Shown: positions 29,059 through 40,900 of the stretch, piece after piece | Numbering within the stretch: position 1 is the stretch's first letter | Layout of the letters: the number at the start of each line of letters is the position of its first letter | Virus record (IMG/VR): IMGVR_UViG_3300042505_000324 | Location: 1 to 62,368 of that record | DNA from: a virus | Lineage: Duplodnaviria > Caudoviricetes | DNA: 62,368 nucleotides | Reading direction: 5' to 3' (one strand) | The notes under the pieces: model-generated | Seen by the model: only the letters and a program-made list of their open reading frames with translations | Told to the model about the DNA's origin: nothing | Databases searched by the model: none | Program-made: the position numbers and the translations under genes

Positions 29059-32000
29059 ATGTCTGGTATCATTATTGATGTAAAGGCTAACTCCGAACAA
29101 GCCAATAGAGATATAGGGAAATTAAATGATTCTCTCAGAAATATAGAGAAAACAACTTCTAGTATGTCAACAGGATTAAAAAGCTTAGCAGTAAGTTTTG
29201 GATCCGTGCTTGCTTCTGGATTAACTGTAAATTATTTAAAGAACGTAGCTGACACCTTCGTTGGAATAAACAATAAGATTAGATTAGTTACTGGAACTAC
29301 TAATCAATTAGTAACTGCGCAAAGAGAACTACTTAAAATATCTAATACTACTAGAAGTAGTTTAGAAGGTTCTGCAGCATTATTTAGTAAATTAGGCTTA
29401 GCATTACAAAAGAATGGTGCATCTGTTGGTAACGTATTAAAAGCTACTGAATCTATTCAGAAAGCTATTGCGTTATCAGGTGCCTCTGCCGATTCTGCTG
29501 CAGCAGCAGTGATACAATTGGGTCAAGGTTTATCATCTGGCACATTGCGTGGTGAAGAATTAAACTCTGTATTAGAACAAACGCCTCGTGTAGCTAAGGC
29601 TATTGCGGATGGATTAAAGATATCTACAGGTCAATTAAGATTATTAGCTGCAAATGGACAAATAACATCAGAAAAAGTATTTTCTGCTATTCTATCACAA
29701 TCTGAACAAATTAATAAAGAGTTTTCTACATTGACTCCAACCCTTTCACAAGGGATGACACAATTAGGTACAGCTACTAAAGTTTTTACAAACGAATTGA
29801 TGAAAGGTTTCAGTTCTGGTGGTGGTGGGTTAGCAACAGTATTCTCTAAACTTGCTGATAAGATATTAGTAGCATCAGATACTATTGCCAGTGATACTAC
29901 AATATTTTTGAATAAACTAAGAGCTGGTTTAAAAATAATTACTATCTTAGCAAATATTTCAGGTGGATTATTCAGTGCGGTAGGTTCACAATTCTTATCT
30001 GCATTACCTTCTATTAAGACTGTTAAAACATTAGCTAAAGATATAGTAAGTACATTTGAAACATTAACAGCCCCTATTACTAAAATATTTACAAATATTT
30101 TTAAAAGTATGGGTAATGCATTTGGCGATGTTTTTAATTTTGATACAGGTGTTGAGAAAGCACTATCAGAAATACGAAGAATAGAATTTGCATTTAATAT
30201 TACTACATTACTAAAATATCAAGTAGCTTTCCAACACTTATCTACAGCTATTAGGGAAAATAGTACTAGTATAGGTGCTTCCGTAAATAGATTTGTAAAT
30301 AGTTTATCTTCTGGATTTGATAGTGTATTACGATATGTAGGCATATTACCAGATACATTATTTACTTTTAGAGTAGGTGACATGGGACCAATGGTAAGTA
30401 CTATTGCCCAAGTATTAAGAAGTCTAACTGGTATTAAAGTAAAAATATGGGAAGTATCAACAATATTATCAGATGTATTTGGTAGCACATTTGCACCATT
30501 ACTTAATTTCCTATCAGATGTCTTGGATTTAACTACATCTAAATTAGGTAAAGCAGCTGATTATATAAAGAATTTTGCTAGTGATATCATCGAATACTTT
30601 AGAGACATTTATGATAAAGTTATTGGTCATTCTTGGTGGACAGATACTATAGATGGTATTGTTAATCAATCTGAAGGATTATTAGCAAGAGTTAAGAAAC
30701 CATTTGAAACATTTAAGAACTTTATATTTACATTATTTAAAGAAATAAATGGAACTAATTTATTAGATTCATTATCTAATGTAGCTTCTAATTTAACAGG
30801 TGGTAAATTATCATTTACTACTGATTTTAATTTTAAAGATAGTCTAAATACTATTAAGACAGAATTTCCAGAAGCATTTAAAACTGCGATATTAGCTTCT
30901 TCTGGATTAGTCGTTGCTATGTTATTTCCAGCTAATGCTATTAAAACAGCATTAATGACAGCTATTATGATTGCTCTAGCTACTACTGGCTCTCTAGCTG
31001 CTGAGCGTTTTGGTAGTGATTTATTTGGTGGTAGCTTTATTACTGATGCTGCTAATGGTATTGGTAAGGCGTTAGGATTTCTTGTAGCGGATTTTATCAG
31101 AAATATCCCCCAATTATTAAATGCACTATTAGGAATAGTGAACGGATTCGTACAGGGTTTTCTATCAGAAATGCCACTGTTATTCGGGACAATATTTAAA
31201 GGTTTATTCTCGATAGCTAATTTCTTAGGATTAGCTGGACCAATGGGTATTTTAGGGTCTATATTATTTGGTGTAGGTGTTTCAAAATTATTAGGTAATT
31301 TCGATACAATCAAAACTGCTTCTACTAAATTAGTGGCAATATATAGTAGTCTTTCAGCATTTGTAAAAGGTGAAGGCGGACTAATATCACAAGGATTATT
31401 TGGATTAACTGGTGGTCCAGTAAGAACATTATCTGGATTAGGTTTAATCTTATCCTCACTAGGTACTTTTGATGGATTATTTGCTAACTCAGAATTAGCA
31501 CATTTAGCTTTAAATGGTGGATTATTATATTTAAGTTTGTTTGGACAAAGAGGTTTAGAAACGATTATTTCTAAAGGTAAAAGTACAATAGCAAGCATAA
31601 CTACAAATTTAAGAGATAGTATGTCTTCATTGGCAGGTACTAGTAGTTCAATGAATCTGTTATACACTTTAATATTTGGAACAGAACAAACAAGGGGTGT
31701 ATTGTTCACTTCTATAAAAGATAGCTTAGCTTCTAAACTTAGCGAATTATATAGTTTTACGGCTAAATTACTTGTTAACTTAACCAGTAAAAGTGTAGAT
31801 GTAATGTCTACATTACTATTTGGCACCGATAAGGAAGCCGTCTATAAAACAATAAAAGATAAGCTTAATACTTTAATCTCATTTATATCAGCACAACTTA
31901 GCACATTTAAGAATAATATCGCTAAGAATGCCAAAATGAGTGCTTTTGATACATTATTTAGGATGCCAAATGTCAAAAATACTGCAAATGATTTAGATAC

Positions 32001-35000
32001 AGTATTAACCACAACATTTAATAAACTAGATATGAGAGCTAAAAAGTTAGCTGGTGAAAAGGGCTTATTAGGTACACTATTTGAAGGGAAGGGTAAAACT
32101 AAATTAATACTTCTCGCATTAGCTGGTATTGCTTTATTTTCTGGCGCTGCTTCAGCTTCTGAATCCTTGAATACTTCGTTAGAAGCTAATGTTACAAACA
32201 CTGATAGATTATTCGAGTCTTTTACTATATTTGTAAAAGATAACCCTATAAAAAGTTTTGCGACTGCCGCAGTCATTGCAATCACATCTATTACTACTGC
32301 TCTAGACATTTTGAATAAGAAACAATTAGGAACTACTTTACTATCTAGTTTAGGCAGTATGGGTACAAATGCAATGCGTGGTGGTGCTATTGGCTTACAA
32401 AGAAGTGCCAGAGGTTCTGCTTATATGGCAGGAGGCGCAGCAGCTATTGGCGGTTATATAGGATACGCTAATAGTGCTCCAAATGCCAGTGGATCTGAGA
32501 AAGCAACTAATATTGCATTAGGCGTTGCAGGTGGTGTGTTTGTAGAACAATTAGTTACTGGTATGCTAAACAAACTTAAAAATGGTGGGTATGCATCTAG
32601 AATTGCTGGATTTCTTGGAGACGGTATTTTATTAGGTTTAAAATGGATAGTTGTTACTGCTGTAGAAACATTGGCAGGTATTGCTGCGGGTTTTATGGCA
32701 TTAAGTTTCCCAATGGCTGCTGCTGTAGTCGGAGGAGTAACGGCAGTTACCTCTGTATTGGTAATTGGTTTAGCAAGTTTGTGGGATAGTATGCGTAACG
32801 GAACTAGTTATGTTAAAGCATTATCTGATAATTGGGATAATGTTAGAATAATGACTGGATTTAGTCCTAATAGATTAGACAGACATCAGCAACTAGATGC
32901 TTCTAAATATACTAAGATACTTCCAGATACTAAAGCTGGTAATATCACTATCGGTGATTTAGGGTTTAAACAAATAGACCAGAAATTATTAACTGCCTTA
33001 GATGACACACAATTAACTAAATCAATGACAGAATTAAAAACACAAGTTGATTCAGCTAATAAAGAGTTTGCATTGACTGGTGAACTAATGCCAGCCACTA
33101 GGGATGCAGTAAAAGCTTCTATTGAAAATGTTAAAAGAGATACTGCTCGCGCTGCTTCTAGGACTAGTCCAGAATTACAACAATCTTTGAAAAATATAAA
33201 TGCTGTAAGTCTTCCAAGTGGCTCAGACTTCCCATTAATGAGACGTTTACAAAATAGAATAAATCAAAGTAGATTAGATAAGTTGTATAATATAACATCT
33301 AGTTTAGGTGAGTCTAGTGATGATTTCTTGATTAAATTGCAAAGTAAAAAGGCAACTGCTTATAGTGCAATGTTACAGAAAACTGACCCACAAACAGAAA
33401 CTCTACAAAAGCTGGCAAATGGTTTAGGTGATATGTCTAGTATTACTAATCAGAAATTGAAAGATAATGTAGAGAAAGCGATGCAGGCTTATATTGATGC
33501 TCGTAAGGATTCTTTAATTCAAACTGATACTTCTGGAAATTGGTTCAATACAAGTGGTACAAAAGAGAGTCAAAAGAAAGCTCAGGAAAATAAGAAACAA
33601 GCATTTAACGCTGCAGTAAGCGCATTAACTGAATTAGATGCATTTGCTAAGAGAGAAAGAGCAGTTAAAGCTTTTAACGAATCGTTAACTGGTTTACAAG
33701 CTGATTTAGCTAAAGCAAATATTACAATTTCAGATAATGTTTTATTTTCTAGAGATCAGTCTTCTTTTGATAAAATAAGAGGTTTTACTACTTTATTAGC
33801 TAAATTACAACTAGATTTAGTGAAAACTAAAGATTTTGCTGAAAGAAACAAAATATCGATACAAATAGAAACTACCACTAGAAATATAAACAATGAAGCT
33901 ACTAGCGGTCAAAACAATATACCATTACCAGAAAGTATTGCAACCCTTAATGCAAGTACAAACTCTGGATTAAATGATGCGCTAATTTCTAAATTAAGCA
34001 CTAGTAAACAAAAGCAAATACTCGGTCAATTACAAGATTTAAGTAGTGTGCAAAACACTATGTTAAATTCTAAATTGGAATTAAGTCCAGAGGCTAAGAG
34101 AGGGTATGAAGTTTATTCGGCATCTGTAAAAAGTGCTTTACAAAATTCTGTTATACTTTCTTTAGGAAGAACGGCTATTGACACTAGTGAATTAATGGGT
34201 GCAGGAAGACCTGTTAGTGCTAAAGGTATTGATGCCAGAGCAGTTTCAATGATTAAACGTGCTAAATTAATGAACGCTATAGAAGTAGCTGCTGTGAAAG
34301 GGTATGGGAATGCTGGTGAATTAGCTCAACTAGAACAGCAACTTATTCAAGTGAATAGAGATTTAAATCCACCAGTTAGAACATTTGAAACTATATTACA
34401 AGAAATTGGAATGGCAGGTACAAATGCCTCTTTAGCACAGTTATTCTACATTCCTAAAGATGTTAGAAGTAGATTAGCTGAAATTGGTAAAGAAATGGCG
34501 GCTATTAACTATGAACTATCTTTTGAAGGAACTGACCAATTATCTAAGAGATCTTTAGAATTAGCTAAACAATCTGCTAAATTACAAAAAGAAGGTGCTG
34601 CATTATCTCTAAAGGCTCAACCTAAAACACTAGCCAATACATTTGAGAAATTAAATGCATTGGGTCTTGACATGACACCTGCTAAATTCGATGCATTAGG
34701 TGGTATGAATAGTGAACTGGCAAAAGCTGTAGAAACGTTAGACTTACTTAATCTAAAGAAAAATCAGGAAGGCGAAGACCAATTTAAATTAAACAAATTA
34801 ATTAAAATCCAAATGGATTTAGTTGATAATTTAAAACTTAAATATGGCACGTATGGTGAAACCGCTAAAACAGTTATAGATATGTTCCCAACTGCTGTTA
34901 TTACACAATTAGAATGGGCGAGTGCAACGGATGAAACTAAAAACGCTTTGATTGGGCTAACTGCAAAATATAAGACATTAAACGATCAAAGTCAATTAGG

Positions 35001-36651
35001 TATTGGAAATTCTTTAGAGAATATGAATAAATTAAGAGCCATATCTGATGAAGCCGAAGCATTGGCTAATAATATGCGTTCACCAATTTCTTTATCTTTA
35101 GCACGTATTAAGAAATCTGGCGGTAATTTATCTGACACAGGATATTTAAACACTACTGAGACTCAAAGAAATTATATTGATAATCAAGCCAGATTGATTG
35201 AAATATTCCAGAAACAATTGGAAAATAATACATTTAAAGATAATCCAGCATTAGAGGCACAAGCACGTAGTATTGTAGACCAAGCTAAGAAGAATTTAGC
35301 ATTAGCAATAGAAGGTGTTTCCGAAGATAAAACTAACTTAGAGAAATATACTAAGGCAGGCGCAAGTTTAAGTCAATCTGAATTAGATAGAATGTCTGGT
35401 GCTATCTTAGAACCTTTAGTATCTATTCGTAATAAAATATTAGAACAAATGGCAGTATTGTCTAAAGCTGATACAACTAATGAAGAAAGAGCAGTAGCAC
35501 AAAATAGTATAGATAATCTACAATTAGGGTTAGAACAAGGATTAGCTATAGCTAAATCTAAAACGCTAAGAGTTCAAGATACATTAGCTTGGAAGGCTGG
35601 AGAAGATTTATCTAATACAATGAAAGATTCTTTTGCGAATGGCTTAAAATCTGTATTAAATAGAACAGCAAGTGTTAAAGACGCAATACTTTCAATGGCG
35701 CAAGCGTATTCAGAAGCAGTAATAAATAGTTTTGTAGATGGTTTGACTAGTTCATTATTTAAAGCTGGTGGAACACTAAGTACAATGTTTAAAAATATGG
35801 GTATGGATGTATTTGGCAAAGGTGCTAGTTTATTAGGCGGTAATAATGAACCGTTAATAATGTCTAACTCATCTTTAGTGGTGGCAATTAATACGCTAAC
35901 AGCTACTATGTCTAGTGCAACATTATCTAACGGATTTGCAGCTAGTAATATATTAGGTAATAACGCATTCATGGGGCCACCAGCACCTACAGAAATTTCT
36001 GCAGATGGTATCGCTATTGTAGCCTCTCAACAGTTGAATACAGATCAAGTTATCTCAACCGAACAGGGCTTCTTTAGTAGTTTAGGCGGAGTGTTCATGA
36101 AAGGGTTAACTGGCTTGGGTAGTCTGCTAAAAGGTGCTTGGCAAGGATTAACTAGTATGTTTAGTGGAAGTTCAGGTAGTGGGATGTTAGGTGGATTATT
36201 TAGTGGAATTAGTGGTTTATTTTCTTCTGGCGGATTTGAAACATTTTCTAACTTCCTTCAATACGGACCAATGACACTAGCCACAGGTGGTCATGTTTCT
36301 GGTGCTGGCACTGGAACTTCCGATTCTATTAGAGCTTTATTATCTAATGGTGAGTTTGTGGTAAATGCTAAAGCTACTAAACAAAATAGAGCATTATTAG
36401 AAGCAATAAATGCAGACGGTATACCTCGCTTTGCAACAGGAGGTATGGTTGATGGTTCTGCTTATAGTGCTTTAAATTCTGCAATAGTCCAACGTGATGC
36501 TAATAATAAAACTTTAAATACGCAACAATCAGTATTTAATATTAATGTTACTGGCGATATCTCACGTCAAACTAGAAATGAAATACAAGCTATGATTCCT
36601 CAAATCGCTGTTGGTGTAAACCAAAATAACAGAGAAAGTGGATATAGATAA
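29059..36651 (+). CDS. tape measure protein (2530 aa)
   Basis: N-terminal QLGQGLSSGTLRGEELNSVLEQTP; C-terminal ATGGHVSGAGTGTSDSIRALLSNGEFVVNA; follows the chaperone frameshift. Confidence 0.95.
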   Translation: MSGIIIDVKANSEQANRDIGKLNDSLRNIEKTTSSMSTGLKSLAVSFGSVLASGLTVNYLKNVADTFVGINNKIRLVTGTTNQLVTAQRELLKISNTTRSSLEGSAALFSKLGLALQKNGASVGNVLKATESIQKAIALSGASADSAAAAVIQLGQGLSSGTLRGEELNSVLEQTPRVAKAIADGLKISTGQLRLLAANGQITSEKVFSAILSQSEQINKEFSTLTPTLSQGMTQLGTATKVFTNELMKGFSSGGGGLATVFSKLADKILVASDTIASDTTIFLNKLRAGLKIITILANISGGLFSAVGSQFLSALPSIKTVKTLAKDIVSTFETLTAPITKIFTNIFKSMGNAFGDVFNFDTGVEKALSEIRRIEFAFNITTLLKYQVAFQHLSTAIRENSTSIGASVNRFVNSLSSGFDSVLRYVGILPDTLFTFRVGDMGPMVSTIAQVLRSLTGIKVKIWEVSTILSDVFGSTFAPLLNFLSDVLDLTTSKLGKAADYIKNFASDIIEYFRDIYDKVIGHSWWTDTIDGIVNQSEGLLARVKKPFETFKNFIFTLFKEINGTNLLDSLSNVASNLTGGKLSFTTDFNFKDSLNTIKTEFPEAFKTAILASSGLVVAMLFPANAIKTALMTAIMIALATTGSLAAERFGSDLFGGSFITDAANGIGKALGFLVADFIRNIPQLLNALLGIVNGFVQGFLSEMPLLFGTIFKGLFSIANFLGLAGPMGILGSILFGVGVSKLLGNFDTIKTASTKLVAIYSSLSAFVKGEGGLISQGLFGLTGGPVRTLSGLGLILSSLGTFDGLFANSELAHLALNGGLLYLSLFGQRGLETIISKGKSTIASITTNLRDSMSSLAGTSSSMNLLYTLIFGTEQTRGVLFTSIKDSLASKLSELYSFTAKLLVNLTSKSVDVMSTLLFGTDKEAVYKTIKDKLNTLISFISAQLSTFKNNIAKNAKMSAFDTLFRMPNVKNTANDLDTVLTTTFNKLDMRAKKLAGEKGLLGTLFEGKGKTKLILLALAGIALFSGAASASESLNTSLEANVTNTDRLFESFTIFVKDNPIKSFATAAVIAITSITTALDILNKKQLGTTLLSSLGSMGTNAMRGGAIGLQRSARGSAYMAGGAAAIGGYIGYANSAPNASGSEKATNIALGVAGGVFVEQLVTGMLNKLKNGGYASRIAGFLGDGILLGLKWIVVTAVETLAGIAAGFMALSFPMAAAVVGGVTAVTSVLVIGLASLWDSMRNGTSYVKALSDNWDNVRIMTGFSPNRLDRHQQLDASKYTKILPDTKAGNITIGDLGFKQIDQKLLTALDDTQLTKSMTELKTQVDSANKEFALTGELMPATRDAVKASIENVKRDTARAASRTSPELQQSLKNINAVSLPSGSDFPLMRRLQNRINQSRLDKLYNITSSLGESSDDFLIKLQSKKATAYSAMLQKTDPQTETLQKLANGLGDMSSITNQKLKDNVEKAMQAYIDARKDSLIQTDTSGNWFNTSGTKESQKKAQENKKQAFNAAVSALTELDAFAKRERAVKAFNESLTGLQADLAKANITISDNVLFSRDQSSFDKIRGFTTLLAKLQLDLVKTKDFAERNKISIQIETTTRNINNEATSGQNNIPLPESIATLNASTNSGLNDALISKLSTSKQKQILGQLQDLSSVQNTMLNSKLELSPEAKRGYEVYSASVKSALQNSVILSLGRTAIDTSELMGAGRPVSAKGIDARAVSMIKRAKLMNAIEVAAVKGYGNAGELAQLEQQLIQVNRDLNPPVRTFETILQEIGMAGTNASLAQLFYIPKDVRSRLAEIGKEMAAINYELSFEGTDQLSKRSLELAKQSAKLQKEGAALSLKAQPKTLANTFEKLNALGLDMTPAKFDALGGMNSELAKAVETLDLLNLKKNQEGEDQFKLNKLIKIQMDLVDNLKLKYGTYGETAKTVIDMFPTAVITQLEWASATDETKNALIGLTAKYKTLNDQSQLGIGNSLENMNKLRAISDEAEALANNMRSPISLSLARIKKSGGNLSDTGYLNTTETQRNYIDNQARLIEIFQKQLENNTFKDNPALEAQARSIVDQAKKNLALAIEGVSEDKTNLEKYTKAGASLSQSELDRMSGAILEPLVSIRNKILEQMAVLSKADTTNEERAVAQNSIDNLQLGLEQGLAIAKSKTLRVQDTLAWKAGEDLSNTMKDSFANGLKSVLNRTASVKDAILSMAQAYSEAVINSFVDGLTSSLFKAGGTLSTMFKNMGMDVFGKGASLLGGNNEPLIMSNSSLVVAINTLTATMSSATLSNGFAASNILGNNAFMGPPAPTEISADGIAIVASQQLNTDQVISTEQGFFSSLGGVFMKGLTGLGSLLKGAWQGLTSMFSGSSGSGMLGGLFSGISGLFSSGGFETFSNFLQYGPMTLATGGHVSGAGTGTSDSIRALLSNGEFVVNAKATKQNRALLEAINADGIPRFATGGMVDGSAYSALNSAIVQRDANNKTLNTQQSVFNINVTGDISRQTRNEIQAMIPQIAVGVNQNNRESGYR

Positions 36652-36716
36652 TTAACAATATACCGTGTATACGATAGATATAATATATCTAGCGGTAATT
36701 TTTATAAGGAATTCTT

Positions 36717-37331
36717 ATGTACGGAGTCTTAAAAACATCCACTAACACTGGATTAGATAGCGAATTACAGTACATATTTTCTGCACCTCTAGCTGTTAGA
36801 AGTAATCAACCAGCTTTTATCTCAGATACATTAAGTCTTAAGAGAAAAACTAATTCTCAAAATGTACAAAGATGGGAAATAGAGGCAGATATTATGCCGA
36901 CAAATGATTCATCAAATTTCTTAGTTCATTCAGTATTGAATGGACATACAAACGTATTCTATTTAAGAATACCACAAGTTTTCACACCAACTAAATTAAG
37001 TCAAACATTGTCATTATCTATGATTAATACTAAAGCACAAGGTTCAAGTACTATTGACTTAACTGGTTTAGGTGCATTAGATTTAACTGGTCAATTTATT
37101 AATTTTGCTGGTGATTCTAAAGTATATTTAATAACAAGTAAAGGCACATCAGGTATTGGGGTTGGTATCTCACCTAGTTTAATTTCTACTGTTACTGCAG
37201 GTACACTATTAGTTACTGGCGATAAAGTAACAATGTATGCTAGGTATGATGCGGATACCCAATTAGGTATCACATATACAGATGGTGTATTATCAAGTCA
37301 AGGTTCTGTTAAATTCATAGAGGCATTATAA
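36717..37331 (+). CDS. distal tail protein (putative)
   Basis: Position after TMP; QRWEIE motif and C-terminal FIEAL. Confidence 0.7.
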   Translation: MYGVLKTSTNTGLDSELQYIFSAPLAVRSNQPAFISDTLSLKRKTNSQNVQRWEIEADIMPTNDSSNFLVHSVLNGHTNVFYLRIPQVFTPTKLSQTLSLSMINTKAQGSSTIDLTGLGALDLTGQFINFAGDSKVYLITSKGTSGIGVGISPSLISTVTAGTLLVTGDKVTMYARYDADTQLGITYTDGVLSSQGSVKFIEAL

Positions 37332-37930
37332 TGAAAACATATAGCGCCAACGTAGCGAACGTAATAGACTCAGATAGTCTATCACCTTACTTTTTAGTTA
37401 AATTAGATTTTAAAAGTGGTTCAGTATATCATACGAATACACCAATGGATGTTACTGTAGCAGGTTTCGGTACTTTTGATTCTGATAATGCGCTATTAGG
37501 TATTGATTCACCAAGACTTTCTTCTGTTGTAGATAGAGAGGCATATAAGATAACTTACTCTGATAATGATTTTGTTTTTAGAACAAGATTTGAGGAAGGC
37601 ATAATTGGTACACCTGTTACTGTATATATTGGTTTCTATAATACAAGTAATTCAGTTATAGATGGTGTATTGCCTGGCTCTCCATTTACTAATTTAGATG
37701 ATTTAGTAATTGCTTATAAAGGCTTTATTGATTCTCATGGATATGCTGCAGATACAGAAGGTCAAGTTACGGCAGTTTTAGAATGTACTTCACCGATGTC
37801 AAGTTTAGATTTAACGAAACCATTTTATACCTCTAGAGATAGTATGAGACAGATAAATGTTTCTGATACTTCCTTCGATGATGTTTATAGCGGTTCTAAA
37901 GCTATTAATCTTTTATGGGGGAAGAAATAA
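37331..37930 (+). CDS. tail tip/hub protein (putative)
   Basis: YKGFID...D.SFD...LLWG; position. Confidence 0.7.
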   Translation: MKTYSANVANVIDSDSLSPYFLVKLDFKSGSVYHTNTPMDVTVAGFGTFDSDNALLGIDSPRLSSVVDREAYKITYSDNDFVFRTRFEEGIIGTPVTVYIGFYNTSNSVIDGVLPGSPFTNLDDLVIAYKGFIDSHGYAADTEGQVTAVLECTSPMSSLDLTKPFYTSRDSMRQINVSDTSFDDVYSGSKAINLLWGKK

Positions 37931-40900
37931 TGATATCGGCTATATTATTTGTAGTAAGTATGGTGGTACAAGTAGCTGCTGCTAAAGCTGCTCGTAAACG
38001 CCAAAAGAAATTAGAAAGAGAAGCAAAAGAAAGAGCAGATGCTGCTAAAGGTTTTCAGATAGCTTCAGAAGGCGAAGCGTCACTTCTTCCTGTACAATAT
38101 GGTAGGGGTTTATTAGGTGGTGTACGTGTGTACCATAATACCAGTAATAATTATGTCAATGCAGGAGTTGCTACTAATAGTGGTGCTACTATATTTCAAA
38201 ATTCATTGGATGCAAACAGAACTGGTGTTAAACATGAATTCTTAACAGTTCAGACCGCATTATGTTTTGGCGATATCCAAAGTTGTCAAATGATTGTAGT
38301 AGATGGTAGAAACTACACGGACACTAAATTCAATAGTGTAGTAGGTGCTAAAGAGTATTTGGACGAAGGTCGTACGATGGGTGGACATAGATTTCACTTC
38401 TATCCTTCTGGTGGATATGCAGACCCTTTATTAACTAGTAACTACTCTATAACAAGACCATTTACAAATACTGCTTATGTAACTGCAGTGTACGCATTAA
38501 ATAGAGATGATTATCAATATAATGGTGTACCAGATGTTAAATTTATAGTAGAAGGTCTAAAAATACATTCCATAGTAGGTGATACTACATTATCCTTATC
38601 TACAACTAAAGCATATAGTAATAATCCTGCATTATGTTTATTAGATTACTTAACCAATACTGTATATGGTAGAGGTTTGGAAATAGAATATATTGATTTG
38701 CCTTCGTTTAAATATGCAGCAGAGCTATGCGATAAAACAGTATTATCCAGCGTACCATTAGAAGGCGAATATTGGTCAGCAAAAGGTGGTACTAGAAGTA
38801 TTAAATTATATGAGTGTAATTTAACGATATCACCATCTAGAACTATTCGAGACAATATTGAGACTATTTTAGAAACAATGGGACAAGCTGAACTAGTTTG
38901 GTCTGGTGGTAAATATAAGATTAGTATTGAGTATCCAAGTATATATGCTAACAATACTTCATACCCTATAGATACAGTTGTTCAATATTCAAACAATTTA
39001 TATAGAGCAAAGATTGCTTCGACATCTCCTTCTTCTCCCTCAGATAATATTACGTATTTGGAAAATAATATATATTGGACACAAGATGTAATAAGTGCTT
39101 ATCTAACAGACGATGATATTATACGTTCTGGTGATAATACTATAGCATGGCCAAATGCTAGTGAACGCTATAATTTCTGTACTGTAAGATTTCTAAACGA
39201 ATCTAAAGATTTTGTAGAAGATTCAGTATCATGGCCATTTAAAGCTGGTTCTATACCTGGTCCAGCAGTAGATAGAGGCGTTTGGAGTTTAACTGGTGTA
39301 TACGGAAGAAGCGATATTGTAACATACTTAGGTATCAAGTATCAATGCGCTGGTAATATTATGTATTCTGGCGATTGGGATCAATCTATTATATATGTTG
39401 CTCACGAAAGAGTATTATATAATGGAAATCAATATACACTTAACACTAATGCACCAGCATTGATAGAAGCATATTATGTAGCACAATTAGCAGCTAATCC
39501 TAGTTATGTTAGACCAGAGTTTCAATATGCACAATTCCCACCTAGTAATGCTACATATTGGACGTTATTAGTAAATCCAACTACTACATTATCACCATTC
39601 GTAGACACTGCATGGGTGCCATATAATGATGCCAATGTATATAATGTTTACCGAGAAGAAGATTCTGGACATCCATTGGAAGCTGATTTCTTTGAAGCTG
39701 GTATTACTGATTATTACCATGCAATGGCAAAAGCAGAACAACGTGTAAGATTTTCTAGAAGTTCTACTGTATATAAGTTTACTATCATTACCAGACATAC
39801 TAACCTAGAACCAGGTGATCTAATAAAAGTATCAAGTAACGTATTAAATATTCCTGGTGAAGTAATGCGTATCGAAGAGATTAAAGTAGACTCTAAAGGT
39901 AATGCTGAAATAACTGCGTCTAAATACGATGCACGAGTATTAGCTTGGAATGCAAATGATAATGAAATAGTTGCACCTCGTATTTTATTTGACGAAGAAA
40001 TTCCTCAGTGTACAGGGTTGGCTTATACTACTACAGGATTATTTAATTCTTTATCCTCTGGTAGATTATCTTGGACTGCTCCTGATAACATACGAATAGA
40101 AGCTTTTGATGTCAAATACACAACTACTGCAATTGGGTCGGTAACAAATACAACTGTTTGGATTGATATTGGGTCTACTTCTAATAATTATTTTGAATTA
40201 CCTTCAATACCCACAGCTACTTATACGTTAACAGTTGTAACAAGAATTAACAATAGAAGTATCGCTCCAAGAAATAATGGATTAGGTTCTCAATGGCCAA
40301 AATTATCAGTAGGTATCAATAGAGCTGTTATCGGTGATTCAATATTTGCTTCTGTGTCGATATTTAAATATTCAGCAACTATTCCAACAATACCAACTGG
40401 TGGAGTTTTTGACTTTGATACAATGACATTAACAACTGTTCCTGTTGGTTGGTCAGTAGTAGCAGGTGAGAGTGTATTGCCTTTATACGTTGCTCAAACT
40501 AGAGCAAGCAAACCAGCGATGAGTGATACAGATACCGCACTTACATGGGTAACTCCTGTGTTATTTAAAGCAGCATTTGTAAAATTATCATCTCCAAATA
40601 TGGTAATAAATATTCCATATGCTGGGGCATCTAATGGTTTTGATTATTCTAATGCAGTAGGCAATTCTGTGCTAATAAGTGGTACTACTGATATAACATT
40701 AAATACGGATGTTTCTTATTCTATTTACAGCTCAGTGAATTGTACAGTTACTATTGATAATACTAATACTGCTAATAAAGGCAAATTCACAGTAACTGCA
40801 TTGTCTGATAAAACGGGTTCCTTTAATATTGCAGCCACATATGTCGGTGTTACTTACTATTTAACTATTTCTTTATTGAAATTAGATATTGAATATATTA

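Noticed and set aside
30666-31826. 386-aa minus-strand ORF, and other minus-strand ORFs in the track
   Set aside because: Antisense shadows of well-supported + strand genes; no SD or recognisable motifs
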